Shown piece by piece: positions 1 through 14,407 of a DNA stretch of 64,000 nt (its first letter is position 1; each line of letters opens with the position of its first letter). Origin of the DNA: the human T2T-CHM13v2.0 reference genome, Homo sapiens; the NCBI RefSeq assembly GCF_009914755.1, contig NC_060928.1; one strand, given 5' to 3'. The translations under genes and the position numbers were made by a program. A model generated the notes under the pieces. The model saw only the letters and a list, made by a program, of their open reading frames with translations, was not told the DNA's origin and did no database searches.

Positions 1-1614
1 GCCCAGTTGTGAGAAAATACCACTCTGTCAGAGAAAGGAGTTCAGGGTGGTAAGAACATGTGGGGAGTGGAGATAGAAAATAGCAGGAAAGAGATTTTAA
101 AAGGCTGGTTAACCACACTCAGGCGTTTGAGCTGGATTCTGTCATCAATGTAACAAGGAGTGCGGAGATGAAGTGTGCTCTGTTTTGTGGAACTCTGAGA
201 ACACGGGGTGTTCGGGATTCTTAGGAAGTATTTGCCTTGGTCCAAAAGAGAGATGGTAAAGCTTTGAATTAAGGTTGTGCTAGTGGAGGCACAGGGAGAG
301 TTCTAGATTCAGGAGACATTTCTCAAGTAAAAAACAACAAGACTGGTTAACTGATTGGACATGGGGGCCACTGACAGGTGTCAACATGTTTTAACAAGTC
401 CTACTTATTTCAAGGTTCACAATTTAGTGTATTTGCAGACAAGCTTTGGCCTAAGCTGGTTCAACGTAGATGAACACAGCAGTTCCACAGCCAAGTGAAT
501 CAAATAGAGTTTAAATCTGGTTTTAGTGTTATATTTCAAATCCACAGTGTTGGCAGCGTCGGCTGGCCTAATTGGAAATAGCTGAGGAGAGAGAAAACAT
601 TCTCTATCACCACCATTGAGCAGAAGCAGCACAGAGGTAGTCATAACTGCCTCCCCTCAGAAGCCACAATTCTTCCGTGTTAACTTCTGAATAGAGGAAA
701 CCTTTATCACATTTTCTTTCCTCTACTTTTTCAACTGTAAACTGAATATGGAATTACTCTATTTTAAACTCCACAAGTTTCCTACTCTTTTAAAGATAAA
801 GAAGATAGTCTGCTGTACAAGCCGTCCTCTAGGAGCACAGCACAACCTCAATGGTCACCGCACGTCTGATGTGGATCTTCTTTCTGATGTGCTCAGGCAC
901 AAGCAAACATCGATGTTCACAATCTCACAGGGAGGAAGCGGAATATCCCGTTTTTCTCTTGTACAACTAGGATAGAAGCTTCAATTCTACTGCCTACTCC
1001 CTAAATTGCATGATGAACTTGACTCATAGTGCCAATGACACACATACTCAATCCCCACACTTACAAGGAAACTGAATTTGGTACCACAGTTTCTTAACAG
1101 GTCTCTAAAACTGCAGAAAACCACATTGCAAATAGTATTAACAATTGAAAATCTAGTGTTTTACTTGAAAAATAGGGATCCTAGGTATTTAGGTGAGGAT
1201 ACATCCACCCTACTTCTGAAAAAAAGTGTTTTATGTAGTACAGGTTTACCTCCAACTAGAATGTGAACATGTGTTCTTTCGAGTATTTACTTTCACCTTA
1301 AACTCATACATAGTTTTCTGTTTTACTGGCACACATTTTTTAGAGACATTTCTTCTTCAAACCACTAAGTTGTTTTATAGACTTTCAACTTTGCAAATAA
1401 CGAACTACAAATGTGAAAATTTTAAAGTTAAAATAACTTTTTCTGAAAAAACTGATGTAAAATCATAGGAGTTCCCGTATGTAAGTATAGATAAATTGTG
1501 TGTGTGGATACTTGTGTTTAATATCTTTTTAAATGCTTCAGTAAAAAAGTTAAAAAAAAGTGAAAGTAGAATTTGAGAGTTACTTTAAAATGCAGTACAT
1601 GAAATAACATATCT

Positions 1615-2328
<714 letters not shown>

Positions 2329-3543
2329 CTACCTCTATCGTTAAGGAACTATTACCAAACAAAACAAATAAACTTGGTCGTAGTTTTAACCACATTACTT
2401 TTATGATTAAAATAGACTAAACGTCAGGCCCTAGAACCACCTAGTCACCCGTAGCATAGAGTAGGTGCCCAACCAGTTCTTGCTGAATTGAAAGGCCCAG
2501 AAAGAAAAGAATGCAATAAAACTCTGTGTTCAAAACAGCAACATATAAAGCATTATAGAAGAACCAGATTCAATGTTGCTGCAGAAGAACCGTGTTTATT
2601 ATAGTGTCAAACTCTGCTAAGCCAGGGAAGGGAATTATAGCTATAAACAGATTTATAGCTTCAGACTTTACACCTTTCAGTGTGTACTGAAGATTAAAAG
2701 AGACCAAGCAGAGGGGGTGGGTATAAACAGAAACTTTTAAAATATCAAAACCAGCCTCACTTACTAGAAAACAAATTTTTATGGCTATTATTTTCTGGGC
2801 ATTTTCCACAGTAAGATCATAACTATAAGGTTTTTTGTGATGTCCATCTGAGCCCTGAACAAGGGACTATATGTGCCCATGATCAGTCTTAAATCAAAAG
2901 CAGCTGCCATAAGGAAGCAATTAGTGGGTCTAGCACTAAAGAACATTTAGAAAAACCAAACATTAAAAAAGGACTCTCAAAAGTAAGACTGATGTAGCTC
3001 AATGGAGTTAAAGGCTTATAAAACAGCAGGAATCAGGGACGCTCTCTCTGGTTTTCTTTTCTAACACAATACAAATTAAATACAGTCAAATTACCGCTCC
3101 TGCCAATCAAAACGAAGGGAACCCTTCTACCTAGCATCATTCCTTGCCTCACATGTTTTAAGAAATTGCTAAAACTTCTTTGTTTAACTTTGATTTTTTT
3201 TTAACTTATTTTTAAGAGGTCAAATAAAATGAACTCCATGGTGAAAGACTTGGAATCCTAAACATTCCTTTTGTCGAAAGAAAGTATCAACTTGCTCTTT
3301 TAATGCCCTAGTAGCCCTGTGATTTTACAGCTAATGGTGCAATCTACCCTAAAATGCTCTTACTGTCCTCAACACGATTCAAATGTATTCAGAGATACGT
3401 TCATGTTTATACCTTGGGTTTAATCTATAATTATCGATTTCAGCATGTTTCCTAATATATTGTCCCAACATAATTTTACCCAGGCTACTTAAGAAACATT
3501 GTTTGCCGGTCAGTTGGATTCTTTGCTTCATTTGCAGTAGTAT

Positions 3544-4922
3544 TGTGTCCAGAATTGGTGGGTTCTTGGTCTCACTGACTTCAAGAATGAAGCCGCGGAC
3601 CCTCGCAGTGAGTGTTACAGCTCTTAAGGTGGCGCATCTGGAGTTTGTTCGGATGTGTTTGGAGTTTCTTCCTTCTGGTGGGTTCATGGTCTCGCTGGCT
3701 CAGGAGTGAAGCTGCGGACCTTCGCAGTGAGTGTTACAGCTCTTAAGGCGGTGCGTCTGGAGTTGCTCGTTCCTCCCTGTGGGTTCGTGGTCTCGCTGGC
3801 TTCAGGAGTGAAGCTGCAGACCTTCGCAGTGAGTGTTGCAGCTCATAATGGCAGTGTGGACCCGAAGAGTGAGCAGCAGCAGGATTTATTGCAAAGAGCA
3901 AAAGAACAAAGCTTCCACAGTGTGGAAGGGGACCCAAGCGGGTTGCCACTGCTGACTCGGGCAGCCTGCTTTTATTCTCTTATCTGGCCCCACCCACATC
4001 CTGCTGATTGGTAGAGCGGAGTGGTCTGTTTTGACAGGGCGCTGATTGGTGCCTTTACAATCCCTGAGCTAGACACAAAGGTTCTCCAAGGCCGCACCAG
4101 ATTAGCTAGATACAGACTGTCCACACAAAGGTTCTTCAAGTCCCCACCAGAGTAGCTAGATACAGAGTGTTGATTGGTGCATTCACAAACCCTGACCTAG
4201 ACACAGGGTGCTGATTGGTGTGTTTACAAACCTTGAGGTAGATACAGAGTGCCAATTGGTGTATTTACAATCCTTGAGCTAGACACAAAGGTTCTCCACC
4301 TACCCACCAGACTCAGGAGCCCAGCTGGCTTCACCCAGTGGATCCCGCACAGGGGCTGCAGGTGGAGCTGCCTGCCAGTCCCCCACAGTGCGCCTGCACT
4401 CCTCAGCCTTTGGGTGGTTGATGGGACTGGGCGCCCTAGAGCGGGGGCGGCGCTCATTGGGGAGGCTCCGGCCGCACAGGAGACCATGAGGGGGGCGGGA
4501 GGGAGGCTCACGCATGGCGGGCTGCAGGTCCCGAGCCCTGCCCCGCGGGAAGGCAGCTAAGGCCCAGCGAGAAATTGAGCACAGCAGCTGCTGGCCCAGG
4601 TGCTAAGCCCCTCACTGCCCGCGGCAGGTGGGGCCAGCCGGCCGCTCCGAAGTGCGGGGTTCGCTGAGCCCACGCCCACCCGGAACTCCCGCTGGCCCGC
4701 AAGCACCGCGCGCAGCCCCTGTTCCTGCCCGCGCCTCTCCCTCCACACCTCCCCACAAGCTGAGGGAGCCGGCTCCGGCCTTGGCCAGCCCAGAAAGGGG
4801 CTCCCATAGTGCAGCGGCGGGCTGAAGGGCTCCTCAAGTGCCGCCAAAGTGGGAGCCCAGGCAGAGGAAGCGCCAAGAGCCAGCGACGGCTGTGAGGACT
4901 GCCAGCACGCTGTCACCTCTCA
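3544..4922 (-). mobile_element. LTR12C (ERV9) solo LTR
   Basis: Minus strand begins TGAGAGGTGACAGCGTGCTGGC and ends ...CCAATTCTGGACACA; GC-rich U3, CCAAT-containing tandem repeats (about 4000-4290); 4-bp TSD GTAT at 3540-3543 and 4923-4926. Confidence 0.95.
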
Positions 4923-5819
4923 GTATGTAGAGCAATATAGGTTTTATGAAGGGCCCCTAAGCACAACACAGGATAAGGGTAAGATGTTCCTTGGAGTCTA
5001 AAGAGATACTCAGAAGGAATTAAAAAATGACTCTCAGATGAGGCTAGGAGAGTCTGACTCTCAGGGCTTGTCTACCATTCTCCTTCTTCCAATGTATATT
5101 GGATCTCCCTCCTTTTCAGTTGATGCCTAAGATCATCAAAGGCTTTTAATATGAGCTTCTACAACTACCACACTCCCAATCTTCAGAGTCTTCTGTACCT
5201 TCATCCTTCTCTCTGTGGAGTGAAGAACACTGTACCTACCCACTTCTGTGCTTCCTCCCAGCCTTGCCCCAGTTACTCTTTTTCTCACTTGTCTCTTCAA
5301 TCATTCCCATTACCTTGGATTCTCCTCCATGCTCTTCGAACATGTTCTTTCACCCTCTCCTAAAGACAAGGGGAAGCAAAGCTGCCTTTGCCCATTACTC
5401 CCTCATTTTAATGTCTTGTCTTCTTCCTCACTGTCTCCCTAAGTAGATTGGGCATAGAAAGGAAGTTGAATTGCAGGACAGAAGGGGAGGTAGCAGAATA
5501 GACGTCATATTTTTACGGTCTGTTTTGGGAAAAATAAACATGAGTTGAAATACATACTGATCTTGGGGACATTTCTTTCCATTAGGAAGCAGAAAGCTAA
5601 ACTATGGGAAGGAAAACTGCTGAGCCAGTCCTCAAGGCATAAGAGAGGAGTTATCTCTGGTGAAACTAAAACCAAATAAACTGGAGTTTTGGGAAGATGG
5701 GGTTGACAAAACCTGTAAACATTCAGATTGCCCAAGTTTGTGTCTAAACCTTTTTTGTTTTTTACTCTACTTCCCTCATTAGCTATGAAACATATACCCT
5801 TAAGGCTATAACTATTACC

Positions 5820-6290
5820 TGACTTATGTCCTAAATTCTTTTTCAAGCTGCAATCCTGCATTCTCAAGTGGTCACCAGATGTATAAGCCAACATATACTA
5901 TCATCAGCTCAAATTCAACATTCTCAAACCAAATTTCTCAATTTCTGTTGCAAGCCATTCATGATTCTTGACTTTCCTATTTTTCCTATTTTTGTTAAAC
6001 ACAGTACTGCTCCTCCAAGCCTAAAAGCTGAGTATTATATTTGATTCACTTAACTTAATCTATTGCCAAGTCCTATAGATTTCATTTTCCACAAAATCCC
6101 TTGAATCTATGGCCATCTTTTCATGTTTGTTGCACCCTTATTCCTGGATAACTGGAATAATCTACAAGCCTCTGTTGGCCTTACCTCTTCTACTCCATCC
6201 TACATACTTTTGTCAGATTAATTTTTCTAAAGCACATTGCTGAGCATATCATTCCTCAGCTCAAAGAACTTCAGGGGCCCATTTTGTAAT
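5820..6290 (+). mobile_element. L2 LINE fragment
   Basis: 'ctcaaattcaacattctcaaaccaaa', 'ttgccaagtcctatagatttc', 'attcctcagctcaaagaacttca' resemble L2; likely continues about 7130-7330. Confidence 0.55.
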
Positions 6291-6499
6291 CTACAATGAA
6301 AAAGTTGCCATAGACAACAATCTTCAATAGATGTATTTGGTGAAAGGTTGCTGGGTATCAGGTCAACATACCTTGACCTCCTGATCAACCAAACTTTGTG
6401 TACTTCTTGATATAATGAACTAAGAATTGTACTATACATTTATTACAGGTTTTCCTAAAAATTGAGCCAAACCTACTCAATCTTCTGAATGTAACCTGT

Positions 6500-7100
6500 A
6501 GTTTAAATAAAACAGAGAACATAGGGGAACAAGTTAAATAATACCACAAGGAAGTAATTAGACAAATCCAGAATGTGGGACACTCTAAATATAGAATAAA
6601 TGTCCTAGAAAAACTGATTTCATGAAACAATAAGGGGAAGGAAGACCACTATAGAATAAGAAAGACTGAAGAGTTTTAATAATTAAATGCCAAGTGCAGG
6701 CTTTGGGTCTTGGTTCTAACAAAACATCTGTAAAAAGACATTTTTGAGACAATTGGTGAAATTTAAATATGGACTGAGTGTTGATATTAAGAAATTACTG
6801 GTAATTTTATTAGGGTTGATGATAAAATGGTGGTTATGTTTTCCAAAGCCTCTATCAGTTAGAGATTCATATTTCAGTATTTGTAAATATAACAACATAA
6901 TATCTAAGCTTTGCTTTAAAATATACCAGTAAAAACTAAACAAAACAAAATAAATGAGAGGAAAGGGATTCATAAAAGTAAGATTAGCAATTGATGTTTC
7001 TTGAGGCTGGGTGATAGGTCTAGGTCAATTTATGATACTATTTTCTCCTCCTTTTGAGAATCTTTGAACATTCCCATAGTAGTTATATAATTTAAAAATT
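6500..7100 (+). mobile_element. Ancient L1M (L1MC/L1ME-like) 3' UTR
   Basis: 'aaatccagaatgtggga', 'aaaaagacatttttgagacaattgg..aatatggactgagtg..gatattaagaaattact' typical of old L1M 3' ends. Confidence 0.6.
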
Positions 7101-7370
7101 TATTTTACAATGCTCTTCCCATTCATGCCAAATAAAGCATTAACTTCTACCTGTGTCCAAAGCCTTCTATAACCTGCTCCTAATTTTCCTTTTCTGCCTT
7201 ATCTTCCCCAATTCTCCACAAGGAGCCTCTCCTCCAGCCTGTCTTCAATACCATCTATTCTCAAAATGACCCTCTGTCTTCTCACTCTATCTTTACTTAC
7301 GTCCTTCTTTCTCCTGAATAAACATTATCAATTGTCATTTTGCTTGGAATAGTTACAGCATACCTTTCTT

Positions 7371-7674
7371 TTTTTTTCTTTTTCTTTTTTTTTTGAGATG
7401 GAGTCTCGCTCTGTTGCCCAGGCTGGAGTGCAGTGGCATGATCTCTGCTCACTGCAACCTCCGCCTCCCGGGTTCAGGCAATTCTCTGCCTCAGCCTGCC
7501 GGGTAGCCGGGATTACAGATGCCCACCACCACGCCTGGCTAATTTTTTGTATTTTTAGTAGAGACGGGGTTTCACCATCTTGGCCAGGCTGATCTTGAAC
7601 TCCTGACCTCGTGATCCACCCGCCTCTGCGTCCCAAAGTGCTGGGATTACACAGGTGAGCCACCGCGCCCGGCC
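7371..7674 (-). mobile_element. AluS (Sg-like)
   Basis: Reverse Alu with poly-T; TSD GCATACCTTTCTT at 7358-7370 and 7677-7689. Confidence 0.95.
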
Positions 7675-8049
7675 GTGCATACCTTTCTTAAACGTCTTAC
7701 CTGGAAGCCTGAGCTATGAAGCTACTTGGAAAAACAAAAACAAAAATAAACCATAGACTTTTGAGTTTCTGGAAGAAAATTTTGTTTTTGCAGTACAGTC
7801 CCATCTCCACCTCCCCCATAAGCTCACAATCTCTATAGCAATCATTGATGACTCATCTCCATGATCTCGCTCCCCAAAGCATTACCAGACTATCCTTTGA
7901 ATATGTCCTTTCCTTATTTCTGAACTCCTAAAACACTTGTGTCACTTTTATGAAACTTAGCTCACCCTGCTGGGAATAAGATTTGTTTCTTAATAAAATA
8001 CCAGGGCCCTTGAGGGTAGGAAAAGAGGTACATGGGGAAACATAACAAA

Positions 8050-8190
8050 CACCGACTTTGGAGGCTTTAATATATACTACCACGTGACCTTTGGCAAATG
8101 ACTTAACCTCTCTGAGCCTCAGTTTCCACATCTGTAACCTAGAGCAAAGAATAATTACCTCATATGCAAGTTGTAGAAAGTAATTAAAAG
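8050..8190 (+). mobile_element. MIR SINE
   Basis: Core 'gtgacctttggcaaatgacttaacctctctgagcctcagtttccacatctgtaa'. Confidence 0.8.
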
Positions 8191-8699
8191 AATGCAGGTT
8201 TTTCTGTAAATATTACTTCCACTCCCTTTCTCTCAAATGTGTAGCTTTGTGCCTTATACATGGTAAATATCCAATAAATACATTAGCATATTTTCTGCAA
8301 CAAAGGCCTTTAACAATACATCGGGACCAAAATTAGTATTTTCTGAATAGCCTGATAGCAATAAAAAAGACCCAGATATCTGTGTATCCAACATGCTTCC
8401 AATGAGTGCTTATGAGGATAGAGTTCAACTAGAAATTGTGCCTTTTGGGGTGACTACAATTTCTCATGTGTCGACTCATGACACTAAGTCAGGAGAGTTA
8501 ATAGAAGAAAGAATAAAAACTTTGCACAGTCTCCTGGAGAGGAAATGAACAGTATTCAATGAAATGTTTTTCTCATATCTCAAACACAGGCATACATTTT
8601 TGGCTCCTGTTTCCCTCCTCCCTGTGACTTCAAAGTTTTAAAAAGAGTTATTCTGTTTTTACTCCCCCCACATTTTCAATAACGAGTCACTCCTGAAAC

Positions 8700-9085
8700 C
8701 ATGGCAAATGCTGCACTGAAAACCACCAGGCTACTGAAGTTACTGAATAACTTTCTACTTGCAAACCCAGTAACATTTCACATGCTCACCATTTCTCCCT
8801 TAGCTTCACTGGCAACACTTTTCCTCTGGGTCTTCGACTAATGGGGCTTTCTCAATTTCCTTCCCTGGACCTTTCCGTCTTCTGCAATTCATAATTAACC
8901 CTACCCTCATTTCTGTCTTTTCTTCCCCTCTACACACTCTCTGGGGATCCCCTTTATTTCCACAGTGTCAGCTACTACTTGTCCACTCTATCCCACTGTG
9001 GCCTCTCTCCAGGACTCTGCCTACTGACCACTCTACATCTGCTCCTGGATGTCCTATTCTCATCTCAGATCATTATGTTCACCAC
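8700..9085 (+). mobile_element. L2 LINE fragment
   Basis: Pyrimidine-rich L2 ORF2-like sequence ending 'ctacatctgctcctggatgtcc..catctcaga'. Confidence 0.5.
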
Positions 9086-9130
9086 AAAGACTTGGTAGTT
9101 TTCTTCTGAGTAAACTGCATGCACTTTATT

Positions 9131-9312
9131 CAGGGTCCTGCTGGCCCAAATTGGGACTGGATCAGTTAGAGGAGGCTTCCATCCAGATGAAGCTCGCTGC
9201 CAGGCTCCCAGCTAGGCAAGTGGAGCAGAAGCTGGATTTCAAACTGTGCCTGCCCCTTGGCTGAGCTGCTTTGTGCAGTGCACAGTGTGCACAAATGTCA
9301 ATGGTGGTGCTG
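9131..9312 (-). mobile_element. MER91-like non-autonomous hAT (Tip100) DNA transposon
   Basis: CAGGG...CTG termini, 'ttgtgcagtgcacagtgtgcacaa' signature, imperfect 8-bp TSD actttatt/agcttatt. Confidence 0.6.
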
Positions 9313-9924
9313 AGCTTATTGCAAGTAGTAATGTTTCCTTCGCAAATGAAAAATTCTACTATGTTTATTTTTTTTCAAGTAGCCCCATAGCTTAGGTTGC
9401 CAGGTAAGAGGTTTCAAGGAAGGTGTGCTATAACTCTTCTAAGCAAAATGATAATTGATGATATTTACTTGACTATATCAATTAAGGATACATCAGCTTT
9501 GACTTGTCTTCAATTCTGCGTATTTTTTATTAAAATAAAATTTACTAATTTTGAATTACTATGATCAATTCTGCCTGATTTAAGAGTTCCAATAATTAGC
9601 ACTGGATATACTGATCATTTGGAGAGACAAAATACAAACCTTAAAGTGTATAGGCTAACATTAACTTGGTGAAAGATTAGACTCTGCTACACTCACTGTG
9701 CTAACCAGATTTAAGCATGCCCTACCCAAAAGAGAGAAAACAGAACAAAATATTTCTGGAACTGTTTTTCTAACTACTATCATATAGCATTCCCCATTTT
9801 AATCTCTCTACTATCCAAAAAATAAGTATATATTTAAAATGTGATATCAGTTGAAATGTCTGAAGATGCTTAGAGAGAAAATAAAATTAGCCTATCAAGA
9901 ATTTTGGCTAGGATATAAAAATTA

Positions 9925-10242
<318 letters not shown>

Positions 10243-10270
<28 letters not shown>
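10243..10270. repeat. (TA)14 microsatellite at end of Alu tail
   Basis: Read directly. Confidence 0.95.
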
Positions 10271-10274
<4 letters not shown>

Positions 10275-10719
10275 AAAAGAATCAATAAAAATATATATGT
10301 GAAATTATATCTACAGAAATAATATACGTCACAAAATTTAAAAGTAAAATTTTTAAAGTCTGAAATATTTCAACGTGAATTAATCTTACTTCACTGAAGA
10401 ACATTTTGAACTAAAACTTTGCTCTCTTTAAAGAAAATTATACATACCGTGTGCACATAAATGTTTATTTACATAGAGGGTCTTATGCTATAACCATATC
10501 TAACAGTGATAGTTGCTCCATTATTTCTTAACTTTAATATTGAATTATTTATCCCAAAAAATCTATCTACTTTGAGGTTATTATTATATTAAGTGTTTAT
10601 CCAGCAAGTAAAGTACCACCTCTAAGGGCAATATCAAGTCATTATGGCTCTATCTCAGTATGAGTGCTTATGTGAGAAGGTATATATGTGGGTGTTTACA
10701 TGTGCATAAATATGCCTTT

Positions 10720-10925
10720 ACTAATAACAGTTATATATGTGTGCCAGTACACTGTTTTAAGTGCTTCATTAGGTCACATATTAAGTTAAACCAGCTATTT
10801 TCATTTTACATTGAAAAACTGAAGGAAAAAAGTTAACTTGTCCAAAGTCATACAGCTCATAAGTGGTAGGCCACAACTTAAACCCAGGTACCTACCCCTG
10901 GAGCCCATACCCTTCACCCTGTATG
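10720..10925 (-). mobile_element. MIR SINE
   Basis: Reverse core 'cattttacattgaaaaactgaag..gttaacttgtccaaagtcatacagct..aagtggt'. Confidence 0.7.
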
Positions 10926-12829
10926 TGTTTCATATGCTATTGTACAACCAGACTGCTAAAAGCTGATATTTTCAGTAGGCTCAGAATTTCATCATCAAAT
11001 GCATATAAAATTATCATTAAATCTGAATGATTAAATATGTACATTTATTTAACAGAAATTTATTGTGCATTTTCTATAGCTCAGTAATGTATAAAGATGC
11101 AGTAATGAGTAAATTCAGGGAGTGATAACAGCTTCCACAGATGCAAAACATTGTTGGACTAAGTTAATTATTCATGAAATGCTACGTGTTATTTACCTTT
11201 ATTCAGGCAGAATTGAGAGGAATATATTAGAAAACATAGCATAAAGTAGGCAATAGAAATTCTTCAGCTAATTTCAGTGAGAAAAATTCTAAGATAAAAT
11301 TAAACTCTGAGATGATACTACACCATTTAAATACACAAATGATCATGTTAAAAACAATGAAATATGGATTATAGTAAAATAAATAAGCCGTTATACCATG
11401 TGTACTCTTAAAGACATAAACTATCTGGAGTACAATGGAGTTTTTCATATCATATTAACCATCTGCTTCATAAAACATCAAAAATTCTAATATATTAAGA
11501 CTTTTATTATCATTCTCTTTATAATGCAACCACCACATAAAATAATATAACAGAAAATGATAATACTTTGCAAGTCTAGCATGATTTCTTTAGGATAGAC
11601 TACATTCTTAGTTTAATATGACAGTTCTGTTGTGTAGTGAGCAAAATACTTTCTGCACACATATGCATGCAAAGGCACACGCTTTTTGAATTTCTTGGAG
11701 AATGTATATTTACTTCCACTCCCCGCCCCCAAGTCAGGCTATATGATCTGAAAAAGGCTGGATTGGAACACAAACATGAAATATGGGAATTTCTAAAGTG
11801 TTAGGTTAGAAAGAGCTTAGTATATAATTAAAAACATATGAATAGAAAGTTAAATACTGCCCCAAAATATAATATTTTATTCAGGAATAATTCCTTTTTA
11901 AGGCACACACAGCTTGAGTTTTGTAAATTTTAGTAAAATACTGTGAAATGAAATTAATAATTAGAACACACACACAGAAGGAAGCAAAGAAAGATTTGGG
12001 GGAAAAGGCAAAGTGACATCCTCCACTTCTTTTCAAGAGCATCTGAAAAAGTACAAATGGCAGCCTCAAGCCCCTGTGTGCAGTTGTCCGATGGTACTTG
12101 CTTGTGGTTTCTCTCACATTTTTTTCTCACTGAGTAATACAGAATTACAACACGCATAACACTTTACTCCTCCAAATTCCTAAGGCAATTATATCTCCTT
12201 TATGTTCATGAAACTCCAAAAGAGAGTTATGAGGCTTTGAAACTAACAATTTTATGCGAAAGAAATGGTCTTAGTATGGAAGGCCATTAATACAATGTCC
12301 CACTATTTCACTATCCTCTGTTGAAGATACTGATGGGGTTATTTGGGCCAAAGTCATGGTCAATAGATCTTTGTAAAGAATACAGGATAGAATCCTGAGA
12401 AAGTTTTAAAATATAACTAGCTTCTACAATTTGTATAAAAGTCTTTATTAGTGGAAGAATATTGATATCTAAGGAATGTGTGGTTATACACAACCACCAT
12501 GAACGATTTTCTATGATAGTCCCAAGAAAGCCAAGCCTCAGACCCCACAAATAAATTGTTACAAAATAAAATAACATAACGTAAGTATGGCCCTGGGTTA
12601 GTACTGTTTATTTTCACCAAAGATTAAATATCAATATAAATAAACTACCATAATGAAGGAAACAAAGGTATCCACACTCCAAACCATGTGGAAGCAAGTT
12701 ATTGAAACTGCTAAGTGTTCAGTAAAATCTCAGGGCTTAGGAACCTCAGAGATGTCATTTAAATGGCACTATTTATGACACATGATATTACTGACTAGGT
12801 CATTATATTTTGTTTGTTTTGTTTTTTTT

Positions 12830-13425
12830 TGTTCTTATTATTCTATTTTTAATTAACAGAGAAAATTATATGTATTCTGAGTCTCAAGTCAAGGCTAAAT
12901 GAAATAAAAATTATATGCATTTTTCATGTACAACATGATGTTCAGAAGTATATATACATTGTAGAATGACCAAGTCTAGCTAAATAACATATGCATTACC
13001 TGACATGGTTATCATGTTGTGGTGAGAACACTTAACATCCAATCTTAGCATTTTCCAAGAATACAGTATATTGTTATTAACTGTAGTCACCATGTTGTAC
13101 CATAGATTTCTTAAACTTATTCCTCCTAGCTGGAATTTTGTATCCTTTGAACAACATCATCCCACACTCCCACCCCAAACCCTGCCATCTGCTGATAACT
13201 GCCATTCTACCCTCTGCTTCTGTAAGATCAACATTTTTTGATTCCACATACGCATGAGAACACGAGGTATTTATCTTTCTGTGCCTGGCTTATTTCACTT
13301 AGCATAATGGCTTCCAGGTTCATCCACGTTGTTGCAAATGACAGGATTTCCTTCTCTTTTTAAGGCTGAATAGTATTCGGTTGTGTAAACATACCACATT
13401 TTCTTTATCCATTCATCCACAATGG
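12830..13425 (-). mobile_element. L1MA-like 3' fragment
   Basis: 'tttctgtgcctggcttatttcacttagcataatg..caggttcatccacgttgttgcaaatgacaggatttcc' is reverse L1M 3' end. Confidence 0.85.
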
Positions 13426-13560
13426 GCTAGGGCACTTCCAATTATAAAAAGCTAATAGTTTTCTCTTTCCCTCAACTTCCTTTTCCTAAAGCACTCATAT
13501 GTACCATTTACAACTCAATAATAGTTGTTAAACTTCCACCATGTGCAAGAAAATAAATTA

Positions 13561-13870
<310 letters not shown>

Positions 13871-14074
13871 TTAGGTGTTGTGGGGGATACTAACAGTGAA
13901 AGAAAGCATAGATCCTGCCTTTGAAGATCAGAAAATCTATCACGAAAGAGAGAAAAGAGGCAGAGGGGAGGTCGCTTCCAAGATGGCCAAATAGGAACAG
14001 CTCTGGTCTGCAACTCCCAGCAAGATTGACACAGAAGACAGATGATTTCTGCATTTCCAACTGAGGTACCTGGT

Positions 14075-14407
14075 TCATCTCACTGGGACTGGTTGGGCAG
14101 TGGGTGCAGCCCACAGAGGGCTAGCTGAAGCAGGGAGGGGCATCGCCTCATCCAGGAAACTCAAGGGGTCGGGGGATTTCCCTTTCCTAGCCAAGGGAAG
14201 CCGTGACAGACTGCACCTGGAGAAACGGTACATTCCTGACCAAATAGTGTACTTTTCCCACAGTCTTAACAACCGGCAGAACAGAAGATACTCTCCCGTG
14301 GCTGGTGCAGTGGGTCCCATGCCCATGGAGCCTTGCTCACTGCTAGCGCAGAAGTCTGAGATTGACCTGCGAGGCTGCAGCTTGATGGGGGGAGGGGCGT
14401 CCACCAT
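14075..14407 (-). CDS. L1 antisense ORF0 homolog, open, 110 aa (expression unproven)
   Basis: MVDAPPP..SISDFCAS..RFSRC aligns by eye with primate L1 ORF0 (MAGAPPP..LISDCCAS..RFSRC); ATG in gcaATGG context. Confidence 0.6.
   Translation of the reverse strand: MVDAPPPIKLQPRRSISDFCASSEQGSMGMGPTAPATGEYLLFCRLLRLWEKYTIWSGMYRFSRCSLSRLPLARKGKSPDPLSFLDEAMPLPASASPLWAAPTAQPVPVR

Noticed and set aside
3503-4916. Cluster of overlapping GC-rich ORFs and apparent CpG island (likewise 32360-33741 and 35939-37624)
   Set aside because: All lie inside LTR12 or MER52 LTRs; stop-poor GC-rich repeat sequence, not host genes.
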